Below, in pieces: positions 36,451 to 48,599 of a stretch of DNA of 64,000 nucleotides. The DNA is taken from positions 1-64,000 of the IMG/VR virus record IMGVR_UViG_3300043438_002264. One strand, written 5' to 3'. The notes under the pieces were generated by a model, which ran no database searches, was not told where the DNA came from, and saw nothing but the letters and a program-made list of their open reading frames with translations. A program made the translations under genes and the position numbers. The DNA is from a virus. Positions within the stretch are counted from its first letter, which is position 1; each line of letters starts with the position of its first letter.

Positions 36451-36731
36451 TAGTGGCCTGACTCTAAGTTAGTCTTAATAACTGCAACCTGAGATCCATT
36501 TGTACCAGTGATTGCGTAGAGAGCATCCTTTCCTGGAAGCTCAAAAGAAATAGCTGATCCAGGATTTAGGCGGTATCCATAAGAGGAAGCTGTTACACCT
36601 TCTCCACCAATATAAACATAGGCAGAAGCGTGAATATTCTGAATGGTAACGTCCATTCCAGAGTGAACTCCATTAGGAGTTAAAAGGGTAGCAGCAGAAC
36701 TGCTAAGGGTAGTTAGAGCATGAGATGTCAT
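36450..36731 (-). CDS. small beta-rich virion protein
   Basis: IQN....VYIGG..VT...GY.L.PG; coupled to the fibre gene. Confidence 0.65.
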   Translation of the reverse strand: MTSHALTTLSSSAATLLTPNGVHSGMDVTIQNIHASAYVYIGGEGVTASSYGYRLNPGSAISFELPGKDALYAITGTNGSQVAVIKTNLESGH

Positions 36732-36751
36732 GCACTAATTATATCATTCTT

Positions 36752-37342
36752 TTATGAACAGCTAGAACCAACTTTAACCTTTTTTAACCACATTTGGGTT
36801 CCTTCATAAATTTTTGTAAGATCAAACCAGTGAATATTAATAAACGAATCTATCGCATATTTAGGACAACACATGATTGATTGGTGACCCGAAGCAAAAA
36901 TGTAATCATCAAAAATTAGCAATCCATTATCAGCCAAACAGTCAAAAGCATTAACTGCATCACGCAAAACAGACCCACCAGAATGATCTCCATCTATGTA
37001 GATAATGTCATACATGTTTTTATTTTGTTTAAAAAACTGATCGCTAGTCATTTTAATAGAAGAAACTTTGTTGGAGTAACTGGATAGTTTATCCTTATAT
37101 TCATCATAAGCAGTTTCCCAAGTAAACCCCTCTAATCCCGAATAGCCAGTCCAGCTATCTACGTCTGTTAAAGTTGATTTTGAATTAGTTAAAATATTTT
37201 CCAATAACCAAACTGAGGCATCTCCAGTAAAAGCACCAATCTGCAAAAAATTTATTTTTTTACCTGCATAGTCAGATAAGTTTTCTTCAAATATTTTTTT
37301 AGCACCAGTTTCTACAAACCAGTTAGGGTGGATGCTTTTCAT
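36752..37342 (-). CDS. class I SAM methyltransferase (Methyltransf_24-like)
   Basis: LQIGAFTG, DVDSW, DIIYIDGDH, GLLIFDDY. Confidence 0.85.
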   Translation of the reverse strand: MKSIHPNWFVETGAKKIFEENLSDYAGKKINFLQIGAFTGDASVWLLENILTNSKSTLTDVDSWTGYSGLEGFTWETAYDEYKDKLSSYSNKVSSIKMTSDQFFKQNKNMYDIIYIDGDHSGGSVLRDAVNAFDCLADNGLLIFDDYIFASGHQSIMCCPKYAIDSFINIHWFDLTKIYEGTQMWLKKVKVGSSCS

Positions 37343-37386
37343 TTTATTTCTTTCTGTGTAAAATAATTAAGAAAATAATTATATCA

Positions 37387-38820
37387 TTAATAGATTATCT
37401 TAGTGTTATATTGTTCTTCCCAAAGTTTAATATCTTGGTAATCATTTAGTAGTGGTTGACCTTTTATATTAAGACTGGTGTTTAGCAATACTGGTACCCC
37501 AGTTTTTTCATAAAACTTTTTTAGCACAGCGTAGAGGCCAGGATGCTGCTTAGCATTTACTGTCTGTACTCGTGAGGTACCATCTACGTGGACCACAGAG
37601 GGGATAAGGTCTGGCTTTAAGCATCTAGGCGTATATTGCATATAAGGGCTTGTATAGTCCATATCGAACCATTCAGAGGCATGTTCTTCCATGACCACTG
37701 GGGCGAATGGACGGAACAATTCTCTTTGCTTAATTAGATTAACTTTATCCTTAATGTCTGGATCTCTAGGGTCTGCAAGGATGCTTCTATTGCCAAGTGC
37801 TCTTGGACCGTACTCTGCCCTGCCAGCAGCCACTGCACAAATTTTATTTTTAGTTAACTCTTTAAAAATTCTATCTACTGGATACTCATTTCCTAAATCA
37901 TAGCCAAGGTATGCACCTTGCCAATTCAAATGCTTCCCATACAAAGCAGCAGCAGCACCAAGAGATGAGCCTGCGTCTCCTGGATTTGGCATAATCCAAA
38001 TATTATCAAAAAGATTCCAGAGTAAAGTATTTGCTTTGCTATTTAAAGCACAGCCGCCCATAAAGACTAAGTTGTATTTTTTAGTTTTGTTAATTGCCAT
38101 CTTCATAAATTCAATTAGACGATCTTCATATACTTTCTGAACGGCTGCAGCAATATCAAATCTCTCTTCTTCGTAAACTTTACATGGCCAATCAAAGATG
38201 CCTTTATGAAAGTTATACCTTTGATCTTTAATGCTAGAAAAATATTTATTTACAAGGTCATAGTATTTATCTGGATTTCCATAGCCTGCCATGCCCATAA
38301 GGATGTACTCTTCTTGGTTTGGCTTCAGTCCTATGAGCTGAGTAAAGGCAGAGTAGAATAGTCCAAAGCTAAACGGATAGTTGTCTTTGTGTATTGGAAT
38401 AATGTCATCGTCTTCTCCTATCCAGATACTAGAAGTATTAAACTCTCCAATGGCATCTATTACTACAATTACTGCATCTTTAAATGGACTTGTGTAATAC
38501 CCCGCAGCTGCGTGAGAATAGTGATGAGAAAAGTTTTTACGTTTTAGATCTGCAAGCTGAGTGTTTTCAAAAAAAGGCTGCCCCCCACCAAAGCCACCAA
38601 ACATCTTTAGTCTAAGGTCTTTAAGCCAAGGCTTTTCATAATAGGCAAGGACATCTGGAGATCCATACCTAAGAGCATCTTCTAAAATATCTGGATTATT
38701 AAACCAATCATTTTTAATTTTGCTGTATCTTTCAGCATGTCCAGCAAAAAGAATGTTGCCGTCTTCTACTAATGACACTGATGCGTCATGAGTTGTTTCG
38801 TTAATCCCAATTATTTTCAT
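37387..38820 (-). CDS. NodU/CmcH-family O-carbamoyltransferase
   Basis: HDAS, HHYSHAA, DAIGE, GGCALN, PGDAG, EYGPRALGNRS, FRPFAP, HVDGTSRVQTV, LLNTSLN. Confidence 0.95.
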   Translation of the reverse strand: MKIIGINETTHDASVSLVEDGNILFAGHAERYSKIKNDWFNNPDILEDALRYGSPDVLAYYEKPWLKDLRLKMFGGFGGGQPFFENTQLADLKRKNFSHHYSHAAAGYYTSPFKDAVIVVIDAIGEFNTSSIWIGEDDDIIPIHKDNYPFSFGLFYSAFTQLIGLKPNQEEYILMGMAGYGNPDKYYDLVNKYFSSIKDQRYNFHKGIFDWPCKVYEEERFDIAAAVQKVYEDRLIEFMKMAINKTKKYNLVFMGGCALNSKANTLLWNLFDNIWIMPNPGDAGSSLGAAAALYGKHLNWQGAYLGYDLGNEYPVDRIFKELTKNKICAVAAGRAEYGPRALGNRSILADPRDPDIKDKVNLIKQRELFRPFAPVVMEEHASEWFDMDYTSPYMQYTPRCLKPDLIPSVVHVDGTSRVQTVNAKQHPGLYAVLKKFYEKTGVPVLLNTSLNIKGQPLLNDYQDIKLWEEQYNTKIIY

Positions 38821-38824
38821 TTTG

Positions 38825-38896
38825 CTCCCCCTCCTGGGTTCGAACCAGGGACCTTAGAGTTAACAGCTCTCTGCTCTGCCGCTGAGCTAAGGAGGA
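38825..38896 (-). tRNA. tRNA-Asn(GTT)
   Basis: TCCTCCT...AGGGGGA-G; anticodon loop CTGTTAA. Confidence 0.93.
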
Positions 38897-38901
38897 TAAT
38901 C

Positions 38902-39150
38902 TTACAACTTAAAGTTAGAGTTGGTTGCTCTCCATACAGATGGGGAGTGGTTTTCTTCTACTGCAAGCTTTGTTTCCTCGTCTTCGTAGAGTCTTAAGAT
39001 ATGAATGCATGGATCACCACCATCATCAAATTCTTGTTCCTCTTGAATCGTTAATGGCAGCCCATCGTGAGGATAGCAAATTGCTGGGCCACAAAAATTA
39101 AGGTCTAAACCTTCTTGCAACCATTCATCAAAACTTTTTTTATTTGTCAT
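38902..39150 (-). CDS. conserved phage hypothetical protein
   Basis: FDEWL..G...CGP..C..HDG.P...DPCIH..R. Confidence 0.75.
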   Translation of the reverse strand: MTNKKSFDEWLQEGLDLNFCGPAICYPHDGLPLTIQEEQEFDDGGDPCIHILRLYEDEETKLAVEENHSPSVWRATNSNFKL

Positions 39151-39748
39151 TTATACTCCCCATGGCTTTGTTTGGTAGTTGATCCCTAGTGTCTTTTAAA
39201 TCTGGAGTGTAGGTTTCTAGATCATAATCAGGTCTCCATTCTGATGGATGGACATCTGAATAAAATCCAACAACGGTAGAACGATTTCCAGAAGTTACTG
39301 GATAAACTTCATGGACCAGGTTCTTGCATGGAAAAATAATTAGATCTCTTGCTTTTGGCTTATACTGAATCTCTTGTTCTGGAAACTCAATTTCTCCGCC
39401 CTCATAGTCTCCAGTTAAGTAAAGTATAGAGCTATAGTTAACATAGCCAGCATTCTGAGTATCAGTGTGTGGCCCAGAGCCTTGTCCCAAATCCCAAATA
39501 CCAATTTGACTATCCTGACAAAAAAATTCTTTTGTTAGTCCAAATTCTTTAGAAATTTTTTCTGTTATATTTTTAACCTGTTTAGAAACAAAGGCAAGGG
39601 CGTCTACGTGAAAAAGGGGAACTACCTTTACTGTCTTATTATCTTCCCAGGGCACAGTCTCAAATGTTGAAAGTATTCGAAGGCCTTCTTCTTGATCTTC
39701 TTCACTAATAAAATTATGTATGATTTTTATGTCTTCTTTTTTTATCAT
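39140..39748 (-). CDS. 2OG-Fe(II) oxygenase, prolyl-4-hydroxylase-like
   Basis: HTD, YL..DYEGGEI.F, FP....HEV.PV.SG.R. Confidence 0.88.
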   Translation of the reverse strand: MIKKEDIKIIHNFISEEDQEEGLRILSTFETVPWEDNKTVKVVPLFHVDALAFVSKQVKNITEKISKEFGLTKEFFCQDSQIGIWDLGQGSGPHTDTQNAGYVNYSSILYLTGDYEGGEIEFPEQEIQYKPKARDLIIFPCKNLVHEVYPVTSGNRSTVVGFYSDVHPSEWRPDYDLETYTPDLKDTRDQLPNKAMGSINDK

Positions 39749-39763
39749 ATTTTAATTATACTC

Positions 39764-40291
39764 CTACGTAGAAAGAATGTCAATTGTTCCAGAGCAGGTT
39801 GGAGAGAATTTTATAGCTGCCTTAACTGCTCCCTCTACAATTTTTTCAGGGTTGTCAAAAGACGCAACCCCATACAAATAACCTAAAGCAAAATGAAAGC
39901 CAGAGCCTATAGAAAGGTATCCCAAAGAATAATCATTTAAAGACATGTCGGAAGAGCTGTGCTCATAAAGCCTGTCTTTAATTCCAATAACCATCTCTAG
40001 CTCTGAATCTTTTGCTGTATCTATCCACCACTCTTCATAAAATTCTCTTAAGTATTTTAAGAATGTGGTGTGCATAAAAATATCTAGATCTTCATCATCA
40101 TGTGGTTTTGGTGGATTAAAGGTGTAGGCTAATCTCTGCCCCTCCATAGTTCCAGCAAAGCCAATTACATACGGACCAAAGCGATGGACTTTTGGTTTTG
40201 TCAAATGCATTATGCTATCTTCAGTAGAAGCTCCACGCTCCCCAGCAATATAAACCTTGTTATTAGCCTTCAGGCCAACTATGCATGTCAT
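39764..40291 (-). CDS. Ntn-hydrolase, HslV/proteasome-beta-like
   Basis: N-terminal TCIVG, K, IGFAG, SIGSG..FALG. Confidence 0.75.
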   Translation of the reverse strand: MTCIVGLKANNKVYIAGERGASTEDSIMHLTKPKVHRFGPYVIGFAGTMEGQRLAYTFNPPKPHDDEDLDIFMHTTFLKYLREFYEEWWIDTAKDSELEMVIGIKDRLYEHSSSDMSLNDYSLGYLSIGSGFHFALGYLYGVASFDNPEKIVEGAVKAAIKFSPTCSGTIDILST

Positions 40292-40367
40292 GACAAAACC
40301 CCTCGTAGATGATTTACTGTATCAGTATACACCATCCAGAGGGGGTCTGTCAACTAGGGTTTAAAGC

Positions 40368-40643
40368 CTATTTTTTGCCTGATTTCTTATCAACTGTAGC
40401 AAAAGCATCGTTGATTTCAGCCATGGTTAGCTTACCATCATCTAGGTAGGCACGTGCTAGCTTCTCAACTACTGCTGCCACTCCTAAGATTCCAGCCATC
40501 ATTACAGCAGAGATTAGGTCTACGCCTACAACTGCTCCTGCACCCAGGACGGTAAGTCCAGATGCTGCAAATACTGCTACAATCCTAAAGATGATGTTCT
40601 TAACTGTGGCCCAGCCACCAGTTACTCCATATTCTTCTTCCAT
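40368..40643 (-). CDS. 2-TM membrane protein
   Basis: Hydrophobic helices; DDGKLT..EIN.AF. Confidence 0.75.
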   Translation of the reverse strand: MEEEYGVTGGWATVKNIIFRIVAVFAASGLTVLGAGAVVGVDLISAVMMAGILGVAAVVEKLARAYLDDGKLTMAEINDAFATVDKKSGKK

Positions 40644-40661
40644 TTTTGGGTTTCCTATCTA

Positions 40662-40847
40662 CTAATTATCTTCTTTTTCATAACGAAAAATCGGAAATGT
40701 TACAATCCATACTAATAGGGTAATTAGTATGAGGTTTCCTGTTAGCTCTTTGGCAGAACCTTCCAGGACAAGCCAAGCCACGACCATGCCAAGCAATGTC
40801 CATGCCTGATCTATGACGTCCTTAACTAATGCTGTTAAAAATTTCAT
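40662..40847 (-). CDS. 2-TM membrane protein
   Basis: DQAWTLLGM..AW.VLEGSA. Confidence 0.75.
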   Translation of the reverse strand: MKFLTALVKDVIDQAWTLLGMVVAWLVLEGSAKELTGNLILITLLVWIVTFPIFRYEKEDN

Positions 40848-40848
40848 C

Positions 40849-42312
40849 TTATGCTCCGTTCCTTATGTTTACTGTTGTTGCTATACCACTTATAGAAATT
40901 GCTGATAGTGCAGCTTGCACTGCAACAATTGCTGTAACTACTACCTTTTCTGAATCTTCTCTAACTTGTGGGCTCATGTCTGCCCCCGCATTTCCAAGAA
41001 AGTTAACGAGTTCTGTTGCTCCACCAAGTACGTCACCAAGTAGCGGGATGGCTGCTAGGGATTCGTCTAGAACAATATCATCCTGCTGGGCTGCTACAAG
41101 TAGGGCTTCAAGAGCCTGATCATACTCCTCAGAGCCTGGCTCTGCTGTTTCAAATATTTCTAGGGCAGCCTCAACAAGAGCTTCTGCCTGAGCTTCTGTA
41201 AGATCTGTAGCTACAATTTCTTCTAAGTCTATTTGCATTAGCAGTTCTTCAGAAATTTCTTCTGGAAGTTCCTCAGCAGTAACAATTGGATCTATTGGTC
41301 CAGGCTCTTCTGTTTGCTCTGGCTCTGGTAGCGGTTCAGGCTCATTCTCTGTTGGCTCTTCAGTAGGTTCCTCGCTAGGCGTAGGTTCAGGTGCTGACTC
41401 TTCCTCAGGTGAAATGGGGGTGGGTTCTGGGCTAGGCTCAACTTGCGGTTCCCTTTCTGGTTCTGGTATAATTGGGTCTATAGGTATTACAGGAGGATTA
41501 GGTGAAGGTTCTGGAGAAGGTTTTACAGGTTCTGGGGTTGGCTCTACTGGTGGCTCTGGTTCCTCTGGCTGTGGTGGTGTCGTTGGTTCTGGCGATGGCT
41601 CCTCTGACGGTTCTGGTTCTGGGGTTGCTGGTGTGGAGGGCTGTGGCTCTGGTTCAACGGGCGGCTCAGGGGATGGCTCAGGGGTAGGCTCAGGGGTAGG
41701 CTCAGGGGTAGGCTCTATTACTGGGTTCTCAACTGGAGGCTCAGTAATTGTTTGAATTTCTAGAGGCTGTACTGGACCGCCCTGTGTGTAACGAACTCCA
41801 TACCTAGCACCTGCAGGGGCAGCATTACTTACTTGGTAAGTAGGAGTCCAGGTGTAATTAACTGGGTTTACTTCTGCAATCATTCTTATATAGACAGGAG
41901 CTCCAGAAGACTGACCCCAAGGTAGGACTTTCCAGTCAACACAAATGGACGTTGATGTTGATCCATATCTTACGTATAAATCATTTTGAGCTGCCCAGGG
42001 ATGAGTCCCAGTTGCAAAAGCATGGTAGTCCCAGGAAGCTATAGAGATTGATGGAGTTTGAGGGTAATCCCAAAAGGTGTAGTCCCCCTGACCAAAAGTC
42101 ATTGTTCCTTTTGGACTTACATAAATGTTACCATCATAAACAATGCCACCAAACTCAAGAGGCGTGTTTAAGTTCATCAAGAATGCCTGATCGCCACCGT
42201 TGACTTGGTGGGTATCACAAACTGCGTTATTAGCCTGAGCAGCGTCGGCGGCGAGAAAAAGGGGGCCAAACGATATAGCAAAAGCTAAGAAAATTCTAAA
42301 TTGGGTTTTAAT
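40849..42312 (-). CDS. exported Pro/Glu-rich (PEPT-repeat) protein with C-terminal membrane anchor; probable ATT start
   Basis: ORF extends in frame 44 codons above TTG 42180 to give signal peptide (M)KTQFRIFLAFAISFGPLFLAADAAQA; AAGGAG 6 nt before ATT. Confidence 0.75.
   Translation of the reverse strand: MKTQFRIFLAFAISFGPLFLAADAAQANNAVCDTHQVNGGDQAFLMNLNTPLEFGGIVYDGNIYVSPKGTMTFGQGDYTFWDYPQTPSISIASWDYHAFATGTHPWAAQNDLYVRYGSTSTSICVDWKVLPWGQSSGAPVYIRMIAEVNPVNYTWTPTYQVSNAAPAGARYGVRYTQGGPVQPLEIQTITEPPVENPVIEPTPEPTPEPTPEPSPEPPVEPEPQPSTPATPEPEPSEEPSPEPTTPPQPEEPEPPVEPTPEPVKPSPEPSPNPPVIPIDPIIPEPEREPQVEPSPEPTPISPEEESAPEPTPSEEPTEEPTENEPEPLPEPEQTEEPGPIDPIVTAEELPEEISEELLMQIDLEEIVATDLTEAQAEALVEAALEIFETAEPGSEEYDQALEALLVAAQQDDIVLDESLAAIPLLGDVLGGATELVNFLGNAGADMSPQVREDSEKVVVTAIVAVQAALSAISISGIATTVNIRNGA
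41663..41715 (-). repeat. 12-bp tandem repeat x4 encoding PEPT/PEPS
   Basis: GGCTCAGGGG(TA/AT) units. Confidence 0.85.
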
Positions 42313-42372
42313 TTTCTTCTCCTTGTTAGCGTTATACTAACAAGATAATTATAACATTTTATTTAATTGAAA

Positions 42373-45423
<3,051 letters not shown>

Positions 45424-45431
<8 letters not shown>

Positions 45432-45825
45432 ATAGCAGACCTAGCCTTTCTTTTACTTTATTAACATCATCGTCTGTGCCGAATATTTCTACTCTAGCAA
45501 TAACTGGTACCCCAGTTTTTTGTGCGATTAGCTCTGCGGCTTTGCAGTAGTTATCGCCAAAATTTGTGTTGCCAAATCCTACTACCCCACGTAATAGATT
45601 TCTGTTTTCTTCTATGTTAAGAAAACTTTTTACCTGCTTAGGTATTGCGGATCTTTCAGAACCTCCGCCATAAGTTGGAACCATCAGAACGTATTCTTCT
45701 TTTACAAAAACTGGTGAAGCAGGGTCCCAGCTTATTGGAATACGGATGGATACATTGTCCATTTTTTCTACAAATCGTTTTGTATTTCCAGAATAGTTAG
45801 AAAAGTAGACGATTTGTATAGACAT
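45424..45825 (-). CDS. nrdI: flavodoxin NrdI
   Basis: S..SGNT.RFV, PTYGGG, GNTNFG..YC. Confidence 0.95.
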
Positions 45826-45859
45826 CTATTCTAACTCCTTTTTAAAATTTTAGGATAAT

Positions 45860-45889
45860 AAAAGGGAGGGATTTTCGCCCCTCCCCTTT
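45860..45889 (-). terminator. intrinsic terminator
   Basis: AAGGGAGGG / CCCTCCCCTT inverted repeat with T-run on the minus strand. Confidence 0.65.
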
Positions 45890-45905
45890 ACTATTTTATA
45901 AAATA

Positions 45906-46787
45906 TTACTTTAGAGCAACTCGCTTGCTCTTCTTTACCAGCTTGTTGTACTTCTTAGCTAGCTTATTGTAGTCAGCCTTTAGAGCTGCGTTGTTTGCGT
46001 TCAAGATAGCTACCTGAGCAGCTAGGTCTGCAGCTGCAATAGAGAAAGAAACTTCCTTTACTGCCTTTGGCAAACCAGTCACATCTGTAGCGGAAATGTT
46101 TGCAAGACCTGCAACAGTGCCAGCAGTAGCAGGAGTGGTAATTACACCCTTGTACAGCTTGTCAGTTGAGTTCCAGGTTAGTGCTGTCTTAACAGTTCCA
46201 CGAAGAAGTGTTGTTGTAATTGATGCATTCTCAACTGCGTTACCAAATACGTCAGTAGCGGTTGCAGTAAAGTCTACATCTGAACCAAGACCAGCAACAG
46301 TTGGGACTGAAGCTGACAGGTTGTATGCAGGACCTGCAAGGCCCTTTAGGTAGTAAGTGGAAGATGATCCACCAGCTGTAACAACTACTGAACCAGCAGT
46401 AGTCTTAGTTGTAAATGCATAGAATGTAGCAGTAGTTCCTGAGCCAGTATTGATCTCAACGCTAGCAGTTCCTGCAGAAGCTGAAACCTCAGCACCAACT
46501 GCATCCAAAGCTGTTACTAGCTTTGCATCCGCTGCAGTTGCACGAACAGTTGTACCAGTTGGTACTGTAACAACAAACTTAACAGTGTCAGCAAGGTCAA
46601 CCTTGTTGTCTGATGGAACTGTTGGTGTTGCTGGAGTTGTTGATACCTTAGATGTAGTTGCTACGTCAGTCGATCCAACTGTAACAGCAGCTACGACAGA
46701 AGCGTTAGCTGGTCCTGCAATAATCGCTGATGCTACCAGAGCAAAAGCAGAAATAGCAGCTAGGCTAACTTTCTTAAATGAATTCAT
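45906..46787 (-). CDS. secreted Ala/Thr-rich Ig-like surface protein
   Basis: Signal peptide MNSFKKV...ANA; ATDVFGNAV; C-terminal coiled coil. Confidence 0.75.
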   Translation of the reverse strand: MNSFKKVSLAAISAFALVASAIIAGPANASVVAAVTVGSTDVATTSKVSTTPATPTVPSDNKVDLADTVKFVVTVPTGTTVRATAADAKLVTALDAVGAEVSASAGTASVEINTGSGTTATFYAFTTKTTAGSVVVTAGGSSSTYYLKGLAGPAYNLSASVPTVAGLGSDVDFTATATDVFGNAVENASITTTLLRGTVKTALTWNSTDKLYKGVITTPATAGTVAGLANISATDVTGLPKAVKEVSFSIAAADLAAQVAILNANNAALKADYNKLAKKYNKLVKKSKRVALK

Positions 46788-46817
46788 TTATTTCTCCTTA
46801 TATTTTTTATTTTTGAT

Positions 46818-48599
46818 TTATATTAAATCAAATCTTTCTAGATATTCCTGCACATCGCTGGGCATAGGCTTATATTGTATCACATTATCGGGCAGGTTGT
46901 CAACTTGCTTTGGCCTATCTTTAAAAGTGTGAATTTCAACTTCAAGGTTTTGATCTTTTGGCGTGTGGCTAATGGCCCCAAAAATTGCACCACATACGGC
47001 ATCCGCTAAGTCTTTTGAAAGTTTTCTTGGGTGGTCAACCCTATTATTTTTCATAATCTTTAATTCAGTTAACTCTTCAAACAATAATTCAATTGCTGGC
47101 ATAGCTAATCGTTCTTCATACATTAGCATAGCCATATCCTCATAGTGTTTCTTAGCAACAGAGACTGTCTCAGTTCTCATTCCTACAGATTTTAATTCAT
47201 TCTGAATGTCAAAGGATTGCCAACGGTCAAATGATACCATTCCGATATCAAATCCAATTCTTCTTAGGTTTTGAATCCATTGTTTTACCTCAGAAAGGTT
47301 TACTGGACCCTCTATCTTTGGCTCCCAATAAACAACAGCATCTACTATTACCATTGGAACTACTTGCTCATAGTCTTTCATGACTTGAACTGATACCCAT
47401 TTTTCTACGTGAGCAATTGCAACGGCACACTTGTCGTGTTTCTGTGCAAGGTCAGCATGTACAAAATATTTCTTGTTGGGATCTGGTTTAAACGTATCAT
47501 CAAATCTTTTGGAAGAGTCTATCGGGTTTCTAATTGTCATGCATGCTCGAACTTTTTCTCTTTGTTTAAAGAATGCATCAGTAGCAAAAGTTGGAACACA
47601 TGCAAATCTTTGCATAGCATCCCCCATGTCAGTATAAAAAGCTAATTTAAAATCATCAATCTGTCTTGTTGGGTTTACTACCCAGGTAGGACGTTTTAAC
47701 GCAAAGACGCCTGGATACTTGTATGAAGTGATGGTATCTTCTTCCCATTCAATTTCTAAAGAGTTGCCCTCAGCATCATCTGGTAAATCTGGATTCATAA
47801 TGAACTTGTGTGTTTTACGAACACTGTCTTTCTCAGCAATAACGGCATCATATTTTTGAGAGATAAAGTCTCCTGGAAAGCGTGGGAAGGATAGCAAAGC
47901 CACCTTGCCAAGATCTGGAAAACGGGAGTCTACTGAAGCACGAAACGCTTTATAAATGTTATCCGCAGTTTTGCCTTGATCATTCCCAGTTCCAATTTCA
48001 GTAGCAAATCCAGAGATCTCATCAAGTACTGCCAGAATAAGGTTAAGACCTTCGTGTGATTCTCTTTCCGAGTGTCCTGAGTATACTGTGATAGATTTAT
48101 CAAATTCAATAGACTCAGCTTTGGCGTTAAACTTTCCAGAGAACCAAGGCGACCTTTCAATCTTTGACTTAAAGCCTTTAAAGAATACATTTTTCGCTTG
48201 TTGTGCGTTAATCGCAACGTTGATGATATCAATGGCATCACCACCAGGTTTTCCAAAATACCGTGCAGGATCTTTAAGGCATAAAAGTTTATATACAATA
48301 TAAGAACACGCAACCGTAGAAGTAAAGTCTTTTCCTGAGCCCTTACCCAGCTGTAGAATGACTTCGTTTTTTGTATATTTTTTATAATATCTTCTTCCAC
48401 TTTCTTCTCCCATCAAATTAATTAAATCTTCTAGCCTATATATCTGACTCATAGCCTCAACAATGTCATACTGAACATCTGAGAGCGGTGGCTGGCCAAG
48501 AAAATCTTCACCCTCTACAAACGTTTTTGCATCTACAGGAAGTTCTTCAAAATTGCTGTCTTGCAAAACCTCTAAGAATTCATCAAACATCATTGACAA
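46818..48599 (-). CDS. terL: terminase large subunit
   Basis: Walker A GKGSGKD, Walker B AVLDE, nuclease HADLA...D, FDRWQS, DH...SKDLADA. Confidence 0.9.
   Translation of the reverse strand: MSMMFDEFLEVLQDSNFEELPVDAKTFVEGEDFLGQPPLSDVQYDIVEAMSQIYRLEDLINLMGEESGRRYYKKYTKNEVILQLGKGSGKDFTSTVACSYIVYKLLCLKDPARYFGKPGGDAIDIINVAINAQQAKNVFFKGFKSKIERSPWFSGKFNAKAESIEFDKSITVYSGHSERESHEGLNLILAVLDEISGFATEIGTGNDQGKTADNIYKAFRASVDSRFPDLGKVALLSFPRFPGDFISQKYDAVIAEKDSVRKTHKFIMNPDLPDDAEGNSLEIEWEEDTITSYKYPGVFALKRPTWVVNPTRQIDDFKLAFYTDMGDAMQRFACVPTFATDAFFKQREKVRACMTIRNPIDSSKRFDDTFKPDPNKKYFVHADLAQKHDKCAVAIAHVEKWVSVQVMKDYEQVVPMVIVDAVVYWEPKIEGPVNLSEVKQWIQNLRRIGFDIGMVSFDRWQSFDIQNELKSVGMRTETVSVAKKHYEDMAMLMYEERLAMPAIELLFEELTELKIMKNNRVDHPRKLSKDLADAVCGAIFGAISHTPKDQNLEVEIHTFKDRPKQVDNLPDNVIQYKPMPSDVQEYLERFDLI

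Noticed and set aside
41414-41755. Gly/Ser-rich + strand ORF
   Set aside because: Antisense shadow of the PEPT repeats of the real minus-strand gene
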